Notes: generated from the letters alone by a model not told the origin. Shown: positions 1-10,295, counted from the first letter of the stretch. The stretch is 64,000 bases of DNA from Candidatus Daviesbacteria bacterium (GCA_016176465.1 JACOXD010000010.1:71497-135496), one strand, 5' to 3'. Numbers and translations are program-made.

Positions 1-288
1 TTGAGAACGTGGTCCTAAAAATTTTGTTTCACCAATTTCATTATTTAATGGTAATGATTCAAGAGTGCGTGTTAGCAATTCTCTTAAAGGTGTATATTGG
101 GGATCTCCAGGCTGAACAAAAAATATTGTACCAATTCTTTCACATCCTGCCAATTGTGATGGAATATCATTTCGGATTAGTCCTCGACTCCAATTAGGAA
201 AAATCTGGAGTACCGTTACATTTTCATTTGCAGCTGCAAGCAATACTCCCTCTGAAGGGATTGGTCTATTGGTACCTACTTCTGACAT
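1..288 (-). CDS. Hypothetical protein, partial (runs off window start)
   Basis: Translated by hand: ATG at 288, 96 open codons to position 1 (MSEVGTNRPIPSEG...LGPRSQ). Not in the ORF track because its stop lies outside the window. Confidence 0.5.
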   Translation of the reverse strand, partial: MSEVGTNRPIPSEGVLLAAANENVTVLQIFPNWSRGLIRNDIPSQLAGCERIGTIFFVQPGDPQYTPLRELLTRTLESLPLNNEIGETKFLGPRSQ

Positions 289-332
289 TAAAAGGAGTGT
301 AGCACTAAAAGCAGTTTTTTACTATAAATAAA

Positions 333-1880
333 GTGAATAAACAAAATGCACCTCAAAAAATATATACTTGTCCAATGCACTTTTTAGTTAGACACTCTCT
401 ATTTATTCTTCTTTATCTCTTCTTTTTAATTTTTATTTTTCTTACCTTTAAGGATTATGGAATTTCCTGGGATGAAAGTTTTTATCTAAATTCAGGCAAA
501 GTTTATTTTGAGAATTTCTTTAACCCTCAAGAAGTAAGCAAGCTGATTCCACAGTATCATTTAGTTACCCATGGAGCTTTTTTTGATGTTTTGTATTACT
601 TAATACTAAAAATCTTTAATCAAACTAGTAGTTTTGAATTTCTCCATTTAGTTAAAGCGTTATTTGCTTCAATAACTCTAATTTTTATTTACGCTAGCAT
701 TAATATTCTAACTCGCAATCGCTACGTTTCTTTAGTTGGAACCCTACTGTTTATTTTTTCCCCGCGTTGGTTAGGAGATATTTTTGATAATCATATGGAT
801 ATTACTGCCACACTACTTACTTCCATAATAATTCTTCTTTCTTTAAAAATTTTTTCCGATAAAAAATCAGAAATTTGGGGATTGCCTTTATATGGATTAG
901 TATCTGCTATTGCTTTTTCCCATAGAGTAATATTAATTATTTTCCCAGCACTTTTTATTTATCTATACATTTTTAAAAAATTTAAAAAAGAGGAACTTAA
1001 TAGTAATTATATTGGGTTTATACTTAGTTTTTTAGTTTTTATTGCAGCGCTATTTTTGACTGATCCCTACATAAGGATAAATGGGTTATTAGGAATAGTG
1101 GAAAAAGCGATTTACTTTACTTTTTTCAATAAGGATATAACAATTTTATTTGAAGGAAAATTTTATCCGGCAACGAATCTTCCTTGGTATTATTTTGTTA
1201 AACAAATATTAATTACTTCCCCGCTAATTATAATTTTCTTAACAATAAGTGGAGCTCTTTTTATGATAAAAAAATTCATTAATTTAGGGTTTATTAAAAC
1301 CACAAGTCATATTTACTTATTGATGTCTTTATATATAATTTTTGTCTTAGTTTATATTTTTAAGCCAGTAACTTTTGATTCTTGGCGCCACTTTTTATTT
1401 TTAATAGTACCGATGGTTTTAATAGCAGCCTTGGGGCTAAATTTCATTTTTCAAAGTAGGAGGATCTATTTAAAACTTATTTTTATTTTACTTGTGGTTA
1501 ATTCTATCTTAGTAATAAAAGATGTTTATGGTTTATATCCTTACCACTATATGTATTTTAATGAGTTAATTGGTGGAATAAAGGGAGCGTACAAAAATTA
1601 TGAGACTGAGTATTGGGGAAAAAGTTATAAAGAAGCAATTTTATGGCTTAAAGAAAATGAAATAAAAGAAACTAAATTATATAAATTAGCAACCTGCAGC
1701 AACCCAACACAGTCCGCCTATTATTTTGCGGATAACATGATACATACAAAAAATCTAGGGGAAGCAGATTATTTTATTTGTATTACCAAAAATAATGAAC
1801 ACAATAAAGTTGGGGGAGAAATTGTACATACTGTTATCAGAGAAGGTGTACCCTTGAATTTTATAAAGAAGATGGATTAA
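333..1880 (+). CDS. Membrane glycosyltransferase, GT39/PMT-ArnT-like
   Basis: Many TM segments; DYGISWDE motif after TM1; LPWYY and RHFL motifs. Start may be the ATG at 375. Confidence 0.7.
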   Translation: MNKQNAPQKIYTCPMHFLVRHSLFILLYLFFLIFIFLTFKDYGISWDESFYLNSGKVYFENFFNPQEVSKLIPQYHLVTHGAFFDVLYYLILKIFNQTSSFEFLHLVKALFASITLIFIYASINILTRNRYVSLVGTLLFIFSPRWLGDIFDNHMDITATLLTSIIILLSLKIFSDKKSEIWGLPLYGLVSAIAFSHRVILIIFPALFIYLYIFKKFKKEELNSNYIGFILSFLVFIAALFLTDPYIRINGLLGIVEKAIYFTFFNKDITILFEGKFYPATNLPWYYFVKQILITSPLIIIFLTISGALFMIKKFINLGFIKTTSHIYLLMSLYIIFVLVYIFKPVTFDSWRHFLFLIVPMVLIAALGLNFIFQSRRIYLKLIFILLVVNSILVIKDVYGLYPYHYMYFNELIGGIKGAYKNYETEYWGKSYKEAILWLKENEIKETKLYKLATCSNPTQSAYYFADNMIHTKNLGEADYFICITKNNEHNKVGGEIVHTVIREGVPLNFIKKMD

Positions 1881-1889
1881 AATTCCTAC

Positions 1890-2258
1890 ATGGAATTCCA
1901 TTTAGCCACAGCTGAATATTTAGTCAATTTCTTAGAAAATAAATTTAAATTTTTTAAATTTAAATTTGGTATGGAACCTATTATAGGGATGATACCCATT
2001 TTTGGAGATTTACTATCGCTTTTACTTTCACTTTATCTAGTATGGATAGGTATGAAAATGAAAATACCAGAGGAAGCAATGTCGAAAATGTTAGGAAATA
2101 TTTTCTTAGATTTTTTTATAGGGATAATCCCAATTTTTGGAGATGTAGCAGATTTTGTTTACAGAGCTAATAGCAAAAACTTAGAGATTTTAAAACAATA
2201 TAGCACCATTATTGAAGGTGAAATAGTTCCTAAGAAAAAAACTTTAGCTGTTGGCTAA
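1890..2258 (+). CDS. DUF4112 family membrane protein
   Basis: Duplicated G-x-IP-x-x-GD motif and D-x-x-x-RAN-x-x-N pattern. Confidence 0.75.
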   Translation: MEFHLATAEYLVNFLENKFKFFKFKFGMEPIIGMIPIFGDLLSLLLSLYLVWIGMKMKIPEEAMSKMLGNIFLDFFIGIIPIFGDVADFVYRANSKNLEILKQYSTIIEGEIVPKKKTLAVG

Positions 2259-3760
2259 TAATTTGACTCCAAATAGACATCATCCGATTGAGGCTGGTTT
2301 TTATAAAGTGTATTTCCATTAAGTAAAAGACCGACCTCTTTTGTTGATAAAATTTTTACTACTTTTCCTTTTTTTGAGTTTAAGTAGGATCTTAAAATTT
2401 TATAGGTATCTATATCAAAAAAGTAATCATTTTCTTCAAAATCCATATTATTAAGTGAAACTTTAACCCGTCCTAAAAAGCACCAGTTATCAAATAAAAA
2501 ACCCTCCTCATACTCTTCACCTAGATTTTTTTCCACAATTAAAATTGCACCATTATATGGCCAATTTTTTATCTTAGAATCTAAGAAAGCTTCATCAAAC
2601 CTTAAATTATATTTTTTGATATTTTCTTTCCCAATACAAGCCCCGCCGCAGCGGTTTAATCGATAGGCAAAACAAGCACCTTTAGTATTTTCCAAATTAA
2701 GCAGTTTTTCACAAAGGGATTTTTCATTAGCAATAAAAATCAAATACTTTTTTGCCTGGTTTTTATTTTTAAAGACTCCAAGAACTTTACTTAAATTAAT
2801 TAATTCAACACTATCTAAAGATTCCATTTTCGCAGTTTTAAACCTACTCCCACCAACATTTTCTACTAAAGCTATTAAATTTTTATTTACCCTTAGTTTA
2901 CGATTGTATAGAGGTTGCAATTTTTTAATTAAACTACTTTCTTGTATCAAAGCTCCTAGTTCTCCATTAGTTTGAATTGTTTCAATACTTTCAACTTGTT
3001 GAGAGATTTTCATCTCCAGTGATGAGGAATGATTATTGGAGAAATGAGAAAGTACTCTTTCTTTTATATTAATGCTTTTACCAACGTAGAGTGGTGCACC
3101 GTTCGCTCCATAAAAAATATAAACCCCAAAAGATTCTGGTAAAGAATCTAGCGTTTTTACATCTATATTTACTGGACGGGAAGGTCTTTTTAAAACTTGA
3201 TTTAGCGCTAAAATAATTTTTTCCTTGGATAAACTTTTAAGTATTATTTGGTAAAACTCCCAAAGTATGGAAGCATCATCAAAAGCGCGGTGACGGTTTG
3301 AGCAGTTAAAATTAAAACGCTCAATTAATGCATCTAAATTGTGATGTTTAAAACGAGGAAAGAGCGCTTTTGATAATTTAACTGTACAAAAATGCTTTGG
3401 CGAAAAATCTATGTCTAGTCTTTTAAATTCTGCCTTTAAAAAGCCATAATCAAAGCGGACGTTATGAGCAACAAATATAGAATCACCAATAGCTTCACTT
3501 ATTTCATCCTTTATTTCTCTAAAAGTTGGGGCGTGATCTAGCTCCTGGTCAGTAATTCCGGTTAAAAGGCTGATTTCGTTGGGGAGATGATGCTCTGGGT
3601 TTATTAAGCTATGGAAAGTTTTTGTTAGGTTATAGTTAATGGGATCTTCATTATCTTTTTCTACTTGCAAAATACCAATCTCAATAATGCGATCAAAGTT
3701 AAACCGCATTCCAGTTGTTTCAATATCTACAAAGACGATTTTATCAGGCAAGGCAGCCAT
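2255..3760 (-). CDS. DnaQ-like DEDDh 3'-5' exonuclease fused to a UvrC/Cho-like GIY-YIG domain
   Basis: DIETTG, AHNVRFD and HRAFDDA exonuclease motifs; GVYIF...LYVGKS...RV.SHF; C-x6-C-x-G-x-C. Confidence 0.85.
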   Translation of the reverse strand: MAALPDKIVFVDIETTGMRFNFDRIIEIGILQVEKDNEDPINYNLTKTFHSLINPEHHLPNEISLLTGITDQELDHAPTFREIKDEISEAIGDSIFVAHNVRFDYGFLKAEFKRLDIDFSPKHFCTVKLSKALFPRFKHHNLDALIERFNFNCSNRHRAFDDASILWEFYQIILKSLSKEKIILALNQVLKRPSRPVNIDVKTLDSLPESFGVYIFYGANGAPLYVGKSINIKERVLSHFSNNHSSSLEMKISQQVESIETIQTNGELGALIQESSLIKKLQPLYNRKLRVNKNLIALVENVGGSRFKTAKMESLDSVELINLSKVLGVFKNKNQAKKYLIFIANEKSLCEKLLNLENTKGACFAYRLNRCGGACIGKENIKKYNLRFDEAFLDSKIKNWPYNGAILIVEKNLGEEYEEGFLFDNWCFLGRVKVSLNNMDFEENDYFFDIDTYKILRSYLNSKKGKVVKILSTKEVGLLLNGNTLYKNQPQSDDVYLESNY

Positions 3761-3772
3761 AAGCAGAGCTTA
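3760..3772. repeat. Solo TAAGCAGAGCTTA core of the KQSF repeat family
   Basis: Identical to the 12-nt core at 26302-26373; abuts the start codon of the exonuclease gene. Confidence 0.5.
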
Positions 3773-3912
3773 AAAATAACAGATTGCTAAAAAAAGGTCA
3801 ATTCTTTCTATAAGGAGTTAAATAAATGTAAGAATTTGATTCAGTAATGATTAATTTGGTTGTCAAACGAATAGATTTAGTATAAAATTTGTAAGAAATC
3901 TGTAAGAAGTCT

Positions 3913-5073
3913 ATGGATGATATTTTGGAGAAGATTTATAAATCAGGGCTTAAGCTTCTTGTTCCCTCCACACCAGAAATGATATATTCCATTATAGTGA
4001 AGGAAGCAATTAAATTAGTAGGGGCAGATATTGGGACTATTCATTTAGAATTAGGAGGTATATTTATGCCTGTATACTCTACGGTCCCGAGTTTCTATGG
4101 TATAAAACCGCGAAAAAGGGGAAATACCTATAAAACATTTATTAATAGGAAACCGAGAATTGTAGAGACATCTAAATTACAAAAAATACACCCTGCAATG
4201 CGGGGAGTAAATGTAAATTCATCAATTTTGATACCTTTATCTTATCAAAACAAGGCTATAGGTGTTTTAAGCGTAGACAGTAAGAAAGAACAGAAATTTA
4301 GTGAGCGAGAGTTAGAGATATTAGTACTTTTTGGTTCGTTGGCGAGTCTAGCGATCAGAAAAACCCAACTTTATGATGAAACTAAAAAGGCGCTAGATTC
4401 AAGGGACCTTTTTATCTCTATGGCAGCACATGAATTTAGAACCCCACTTACCACAATTCAGGGTTATGTTCAGCTTCTCTGGTCAAAGATGAAAAATTCT
4501 AATTCATCCGAATTTCGCTGGGTAGAACAATTAAAATGGGAAACCTCAAGACTAATTCAGTTAGTAAATGAACTATTAGTTGTTGATAGAATCAAGGAGG
4601 GTAACCTTCAATATCTTTGGAAAGAATGCCATCTAGGGGAGATTATAGCTAGAGCAGAAAATAATTTTAAATTTGTACATTCTAATCATAAGATTAGGAT
4701 AAATAACCAGCTAAGTAATAAAGCAGATATAGTAATTGGTGATTTTGATAAACTCCTTCAGACAATAGATAATTTACTTGATAATGCTACTAAATTCTCT
4801 CCTGCCCATTCTATTATTGAATTAAATCTCAAGCATAGGTCTCCTTATTTTACTCTGGAAATTAAAGATTCAGGAAAAGGTATTGATAAAAAAGATCTTC
4901 CCAAAATATTTGAAAATTATTACCGAGGAATTGGCCATAAAAGAGAAGGTATGGGGCTTGGTTTGTACCTTGCAAAAAATATTATTGAGAAGCATCATGG
5001 TGAGATTCGTGTCAAATCTAAATCCCAAAGAGGAACCAGCGTAATAGTTAAACTCCCGGAGGCAAGAATATAG
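3913..5073 (+). CDS. GAF-domain sensor histidine kinase
   Basis: GAF region; AHEFRTPL H-box; NLLDNA.KF, DSGKGI and GMGLGL boxes. Confidence 0.9.
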   Translation: MDDILEKIYKSGLKLLVPSTPEMIYSIIVKEAIKLVGADIGTIHLELGGIFMPVYSTVPSFYGIKPRKRGNTYKTFINRKPRIVETSKLQKIHPAMRGVNVNSSILIPLSYQNKAIGVLSVDSKKEQKFSERELEILVLFGSLASLAIRKTQLYDETKKALDSRDLFISMAAHEFRTPLTTIQGYVQLLWSKMKNSNSSEFRWVEQLKWETSRLIQLVNELLVVDRIKEGNLQYLWKECHLGEIIARAENNFKFVHSNHKIRINNQLSNKADIVIGDFDKLLQTIDNLLDNATKFSPAHSIIELNLKHRSPYFTLEIKDSGKGIDKKDLPKIFENYYRGIGHKREGMGLGLYLAKNIIEKHHGEIRVKSKSQRGTSVIVKLPEARI

Positions 5074-6284
5074 TGGAAATGGAAATGATTGGTACTCAAC
5101 AGCAGCATTTTGCTATTTATCAGCTAATCAAACTAACTAGAGGGATTGAAATTTGGAATAATGTGCAAAATGCAGAAAATAAAGAAGGTTTGTGGATAGA
5201 TTTAACTGAAGGCATTGATTTGCTTGAGACTGGAGGTTTAGTTACATATGAAGTTTTAGGAAGAAGTGGTTCGGGAAAAGGATCTACGATGATGGGATAT
5301 TGGGCGCTTTTTAATAATCGCTTACTAAGGCAACATTTCCAGGATCAAAACATAGATTTTCGTGTAGCTAGCATCCCATTTTCTTTATGTGCTGTAGCCT
5401 GTCAATTTGCTAGCTTTCCACAATTACGAAACAGAATTCCCACTCGTTTCTGGGTAGATCCTTCTTCTCATCATGGGAATTTTAGTTGGGAAGATGAAAG
5501 AACTTTTTCCGACTTTCAGTGGTGGCTTTATGAGACTGAGGTTTTAGCAAGACAGAGTCAAAATCTCAATCAAGCAACTGTCGCGCTAATAGAGACAGGT
5601 GCACCAACTGCTATTCCTACTCAGAGATATTTTCTTACACCTGCGGAAACAGTTACAGTTAAAGGCAAACTTGATATGGGAATAAGTACATTTGTCAAAG
5701 TTGCAGTTGATCCAAGAAGCTCTGAGAGTGTTTTTGCTTATTTGTTTAACAGGAATCAAACTGTAGGCAGATTTGTTAAAGGGTATCGAGAAAATATAGG
5801 GAAAGCTCGATCGAATTTAGAGCGTACTTACGAGGGTGATGTAAGAAATGTTATACAAATGAAAGGTAAAAGAAGACTGGTAGAACAGTTATCAGATCCA
5901 ATCAAAGAGGTACTGAGATTATTTCAGAGAGCTTGTGTTGCACCAATTGAAGGAATTGAAAGGTTTGATTGCCTAGTTGATGAGCTTAAAGCTGAGCTTT
6001 TTGTAGCTGGTGAAATACCCACAACTGAAGATTTAGATTTGTTAAAGTTGATTAAAGAACGATTACCTCTCAAAAGCGAAAGGTGTGCGATTTTGTCAAG
6101 TAGTATATTTTCCGGGCGCAAAGATCATAACTTAATGTATTTTTTAGATAGTTTAGTGATGAGACTTTATCCGGAACTATTCCAACTGGTTATTAAAAAG
6201 TATAATCCGGATTTGGGAGATAATTTACCTATTCTTTTAGCATATAACCAAACCCACGGACAGAATGAACTAGTTTTTTATTAA
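5073..6284 (+). CDS. Hypothetical protein with a P-loop-like motif
   Basis: 403-aa ORF; GRSGSGKGS resembles Walker A; family not recognised. Confidence 0.55.
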   Translation: MEMEMIGTQQQHFAIYQLIKLTRGIEIWNNVQNAENKEGLWIDLTEGIDLLETGGLVTYEVLGRSGSGKGSTMMGYWALFNNRLLRQHFQDQNIDFRVASIPFSLCAVACQFASFPQLRNRIPTRFWVDPSSHHGNFSWEDERTFSDFQWWLYETEVLARQSQNLNQATVALIETGAPTAIPTQRYFLTPAETVTVKGKLDMGISTFVKVAVDPRSSESVFAYLFNRNQTVGRFVKGYRENIGKARSNLERTYEGDVRNVIQMKGKRRLVEQLSDPIKEVLRLFQRACVAPIEGIERFDCLVDELKAELFVAGEIPTTEDLDLLKLIKERLPLKSERCAILSSSIFSGRKDHNLMYFLDSLVMRLYPELFQLVIKKYNPDLGDNLPILLAYNQTHGQNELVFY

Positions 6285-6900
6285 ACCCACCATCTATCTT
6301 TTTTCTTAAATAACCCATATAAACATCAACCACCCTGGTTTGGATATCAGTAGAATACAACCAGACTCTATTTAAAATCATCTCCCTAGTTAAAACTCTA
6401 CCTTTATTAGTCATTAAATACTGCAGCAGTTTAAACTCTTGGGGAGTAAGCTGGATTTGCTGTTTAGATCTTTTTACCTCCAGCGTTTCATTGTTTAACT
6501 CCAAATCTCCCACCTCAAGTTTATTATTAGTGCCTTGCTGGAAACGCAATCTGGCTTTTATTCTGGCCAAAAATTCATCAGCAATAAAAGGTTTAGTCAT
6601 ATAATCATCGGCACCTAAATTTAATCCTTGGACAATATCAGAAACTCCATCCCTTGCAGTTAAAATAATAATGGGCAAATCAGGATATTTTTTTCTCACT
6701 TCCATACAAACAGCTTCGCCGCTCATATTTGGTAAACCTAAATCTAGCACTAAAAGATCAGGCTTTAATTTTTCAATTGAATTTAATGCTTCAATACCAT
6801 CTGAGGCGGTTTTTACAAAGTAGCCGTTATCTAATAGAAGCTCTTTGAGATATTTTTGCAGACCCAAATCATCTTCAATAACTAAAACAGTACTTGTCAT
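6229..6900 (-). CDS. OmpR/PhoB-family response regulator
   Basis: Receiver domain (EDD, LDLGLP, GADDY..KPF) plus winged helix (LRKKI...VRGFGY). Confidence 0.95.
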   Translation of the reverse strand: MTSTVLVIEDDLGLQKYLKELLLDNGYFVKTASDGIEALNSIEKLKPDLLVLDLGLPNMSGEAVCMEVRKKYPDLPIIILTARDGVSDIVQGLNLGADDYMTKPFIADEFLARIKARLRFQQGTNNKLEVGDLELNNETLEVKRSKQQIQLTPQEFKLLQYLMTNKGRVLTREMILNRVWLYSTDIQTRVVDVYMGYLRKKIDGGFNKKLVHSVRGFGYMLKE

Positions 6901-7036
6901 TTTAAGTGGAATTATAACAACACTGTTACTTTATGACAATAGTTTGCTTACAAATAAAATAATATTTCAATATCAACATAGGCACGTTTCTTACGATTTT
7001 CATACAAACAATCTTAATAGATTTTTATAATCGAAA

Positions 7037-7057
7037 AATCCCGCACGTAGCGGGATT
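7037..7057. repeat. GC-rich hairpin AATCCCGC-ACGTA-GCGGGATT
   Basis: Perfect 8-bp inverted repeat followed by CCTCGA; resembles the tRNA-insert family at 53431 and 53852. Confidence 0.45.
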
Positions 7058-7166
7058 CCTCGAGAGCTCACCTATTCAAAGCAAGCTTATCTAATTTAAT
7101 GGAAAGTAACTTTTCTGTCAATTAAGACAAAATAGATAGAAATATAACATGGTAAAATAGATTTTA

Positions 7167-7637
7167 ATGATCTATCTCGCGACCGACCATGCAGGTTTTG
7201 AACTAAAGGAAAAAGTTAAAGAGTTTTTAAAAAAAGATGGGTATCTGGTTGAGGATTGCGGGGCTTATGAGTTTGATAAAGATGATGATTATCCTGATTT
7301 TATATCCAAAGCAGCAAAAGAGGTATCAAAAGATCCAGAAAACTCTAAGGCAATAATTTTTGGAGGATCAGGACAAGGTGAGGCTATTGTTGCTAATAAG
7401 TATCCCAATATTAGAGCTGTGGTTTATTATGGAAATGGTTCAACTCAACAGCCATTAGAGATGATTCCCCTTACCAGGGAACATAATAATGCCAACGTTT
7501 TATCTTTGGGAGCCAGGTTTATAAGTGAAGAAGTTGCATTAAAGGTAATTAAGTTATGGCTAGATACTCCATTTTCGGGTGATGAAAGACACATAAGAAG
7601 AATAGAAAAAATTAAAAAGATTGAGCAAAGTATCTAA
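7167..7637 (+). CDS. rpiB: Ribose-5-phosphate isomerase B
   Basis: DHAG, DYPD, GGSGQG, HNNANVL and RH.RR motifs. Confidence 0.95.
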   Translation: MIYLATDHAGFELKEKVKEFLKKDGYLVEDCGAYEFDKDDDYPDFISKAAKEVSKDPENSKAIIFGGSGQGEAIVANKYPNIRAVVYYGNGSTQQPLEMIPLTREHNNANVLSLGARFISEEVALKVIKLWLDTPFSGDERHIRRIEKIKKIEQSI

Positions 7638-8281
7638 TGGTTCAAATTATACCGGCAATATTAGATAAAACATCTGAGGATTTTGAAAAGCATATTAACC
7701 AGCTGAAAGGTTCTGAAGCTTTCAAAGAAGGTTGGGTACATTTTGATTTCGCGGATAATGAATTTGTTCCAAATCATACGATTGGTATTGATATGGTTAA
7801 ACAATTCCCAATTTCACTTAAAAAAGAAGCTCATCTAATGGTGGCTCATCCTTTGGAATGGGTGGAAGGGTTGAAAAAAGCTGAATTTGATAGAGTGATC
7901 TTCCATTTTGAGTCCAAGGATGATATTCAAGAATGTATTAAGGAAATAAAAAATTTAGGTATGGAAGTAGGAATTGCTCTTAATAATGAAACAAAGATTG
8001 AAAAATTAGAACCATTTCAGGATAAAATAGACTTAGTGTTGATAATGGCAATTGTCCCAGGGTTCCAAGGTCAGCCATTTCTTCCACATTCTTTAGAGAA
8101 GATAAAAAAACTAAAAGAAAAAAACTGGCCTGTTGGAATTTCTGTAGATGGTGCAATAAGAGATGAAAATGCTAAGCAATTTGTTGAAGCTGGTGTAGAC
8201 TATTTAGTAATTGGATCATTTTTACTGAAAGGATATATTGATGAAAATGTTGAAAAAATTTGGGAAGCTATTAACTCATAA
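7637..8281 (+). CDS. rpe: Ribulose-phosphate 3-epimerase
   Basis: H.D..D..FVPN, HLMV, M...PGF.GQ and VDG motifs. Confidence 0.93.
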   Translation: MVQIIPAILDKTSEDFEKHINQLKGSEAFKEGWVHFDFADNEFVPNHTIGIDMVKQFPISLKKEAHLMVAHPLEWVEGLKKAEFDRVIFHFESKDDIQECIKEIKNLGMEVGIALNNETKIEKLEPFQDKIDLVLIMAIVPGFQGQPFLPHSLEKIKKLKEKNWPVGISVDGAIRDENAKQFVEAGVDYLVIGSFLLKGYIDENVEKIWEAINS

Positions 8282-8906
8282 ACCAAAACCTGAAAAGGCG
8301 CGCAGCATACAACAGATTGCGATATTTGGCTCATCACACGCTAAGCCTGAAAGCAAGGTGGTAATGGATGCCTATAAAGTTTGCAAACAGTTGGCTGAGG
8401 CTGGATATATCATTGTTAATGGTGGAGGTCCTGGAGTTATGAGAGCTGCAACACTCGGTGCAAAAGACGGGGGAGGAAAAGTTATAGGGGTAACTTTATA
8501 TCCAAAAGATATCCCTCATTTTGAAGGGAGAGACCCATCAAACCTATTTGATGTAGAGATCAAAACTAAAACTTATGTAGAGCGAACTTTGGCATTAATG
8601 AAAGAGGGACAAGTTTATATTGTTTTTAATGGAGGTACTGGAACTATATCTGAATTTGGGATGGCATGGGGATTGGCTAGGATTTATTTTGGGCACCATA
8701 AACCACTTATTTTGTATGGTAATTTTTGGAAAAAAATAATTCATGCCTTCAAGCAAAATATGATCATTGTTCCTGAGGAGCTACAGGTATATAAAATTGC
8801 TGATGATCCTGATGGTGTATTAAGAGAAATTAAGGATTTTGAAGATGAGATAGCAAAAGGTAAACACAAGCATCTTAAAACTACAAAAGGGGATTATAAT
8901 TTATAA
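8238..8906 (+). CDS. LOG family (Rossmann-fold nucleotide-binding) protein
   Basis: IFGSS, GGGPGVM and GG.GT..E motifs. Confidence 0.85.
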   Translation: MMKMLKKFGKLLTHKPKPEKARSIQQIAIFGSSHAKPESKVVMDAYKVCKQLAEAGYIIVNGGGPGVMRAATLGAKDGGGKVIGVTLYPKDIPHFEGRDPSNLFDVEIKTKTYVERTLALMKEGQVYIVFNGGTGTISEFGMAWGLARIYFGHHKPLILYGNFWKKIIHAFKQNMIIVPEELQVYKIADDPDGVLREIKDFEDEIAKGKHKHLKTTKGDYNL

Positions 8907-8910
8907 TTGT

Positions 8911-9051
8911 TGGCTCGTCACAGCACAAAAAACCATTCGCGCTGTTTGGTATAAACTCCAGCTAAGAATTCTGCGCTCATTTGAAGCTCGTTAATCACCA
9001 AGTATCTGCAGGACTAACTCGCTACATTTTTTGTTGCTTGTGACTTCGCCA
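8911..9051. ncRNA. Candidate structured RNA or MITE, copy A
   Basis: Terminal stem GTCACAGCACAAAAAA...TTTTTTGTTGCTTGTGAC; homologous to 17117-17250 with compensatory changes. Confidence 0.55.
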
Positions 9052-9084
9052 CCTGCTAAGATAAATTTATCCAAATTTTAAATT

Positions 9085-9972
9085 ATGTCTTTAACCCCCC
9101 ATGAACTGCAAAAATTAGAAAAAATTGCCAATGATATTAGGGAAGATATCATTGAGATGTTAGTCGCTGCTGGTTCAGGCCATTCTGCAGGACCTTTAGG
9201 GATGGCAGATATATTTAGTGCGCTCTATTTTAATATTTTAAAACATGATCCTAAAAATCCTAATTGGATTAATCGGGATAGATTAATTTTATCAAATGGT
9301 CATATCTGTCCTGTAAGGTATGCTGCCATGGCTCATGCTGGTTATTTACCCATCTCTGAGCTTAAAACTTTAAGAAAGCTTGGGAGCAGGTTACAAGGTC
9401 ACCCACACAGAACTGCTTTGCCTGGAGTAGAAACAACATCTGGCCCTTTGGGTTCAGGCTTATCCCAAGCTTGTGGTTTAGCTTTAGCTGGCAAGATGGA
9501 TCAAGCTAAATGGAGAGTTATTTGTTTAATGAGTGATGGGGAACAGGATGCAGGAAATACTTGGGAAGCAGTAATGCTGGCTGCTAAATATAAACTCCAT
9601 AATTTAACTGCCCTTATAGATAGAAATAATATTCAAATTGATGGATTTACAGAAGATGTGATGCCACTTGAGCCTTTAGTTGATAAATATAAAGCCTTTG
9701 GTTGGCATGTTTTAGAGATAGATGGACACAATTTTCAAGCTATTATAGATGCTTTTAATGAAGCCAAAGCAATTTTTGAAAAACCCACAGTTGTTATTGC
9801 TCATACAATTCCGGGTAAAGGAGTAAGCTACATGGAAAGTGACTATAAATGGCATGGCAGCCCACCTGGAATCTCTGATATGCCAGGTGAACCACCAAAA
9901 AAAGAGCAAGTTAGTATTGCTTTAAAAGAGTTAAGAACTCTTGGAGGGAAAATAAAATCAGAACATGAATAA
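9085..9972 (+). CDS. tktA: Transketolase, N-terminal subunit
   Basis: SGH, DRLILSNGH, LQGHP and the SDGE..G..WE TPP-binding motif. Confidence 0.95.
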   Translation: MSLTPHELQKLEKIANDIREDIIEMLVAAGSGHSAGPLGMADIFSALYFNILKHDPKNPNWINRDRLILSNGHICPVRYAAMAHAGYLPISELKTLRKLGSRLQGHPHRTALPGVETTSGPLGSGLSQACGLALAGKMDQAKWRVICLMSDGEQDAGNTWEAVMLAAKYKLHNLTALIDRNNIQIDGFTEDVMPLEPLVDKYKAFGWHVLEIDGHNFQAIIDAFNEAKAIFEKPTVVIAHTIPGKGVSYMESDYKWHGSPPGISDMPGEPPKKEQVSIALKELRTLGGKIKSEHE

Positions 9973-10013
9973 GTTTGATTTAAGATTAAAAATTTACGAT
10001 TTAAGAATAAGAC

Positions 10014-10295
10014 TGTCATTCTGAACGCGGGCCCCCGAAGGGGAGAAGAATCTAAAGATTAAGTCTTGAGATCTTTCTCAGGCTTCGCCTGATCAAGATG
10101 ACAGGAAGAATGATCAAAATGGTTAATAAACAAGCTTTTTTAAATCCTAACTCTAAACATGTCATTCCGGACTTAGGTCCCGAGAATCTACTGCGAAGCA
10201 GCAAGCTTCGCTTATTGAATGGATTCCCGCTTTTCCTCCAGAGGCGGACCAGCCTTTGGCTGGCGCGGGAATGACTGAGTGGATTCAGGATGACA
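10014..10295. repeat. Cluster of GTCA-type palindromic repeats between the transketolase subunit genes
   Basis: Units at 10014-10053, 10069-10103, 10160-10189, 10221-10275 and 10281-10295; TGTCATY..G...ATCT in both orientations. Confidence 0.85.

Noticed and set aside
1-16. TTGAGAACGTGGTCCT resembling the tRNA-Glu anticodon arm (possible att site)
   Set aside because: Only a 9-nt exact match, inside an open reading frame; chance is likely.
9-197. 62-aa plus-strand ORF
   Set aside because: Shadow of the longer minus-strand ORF starting at 288.
9976-10008. Short GATTTAAGA-type repeats; similar AT-rich runs at ~47091 and a hairpin at ~55959-55986
   Set aside because: Too short and AT-rich to support an element or terminator call.
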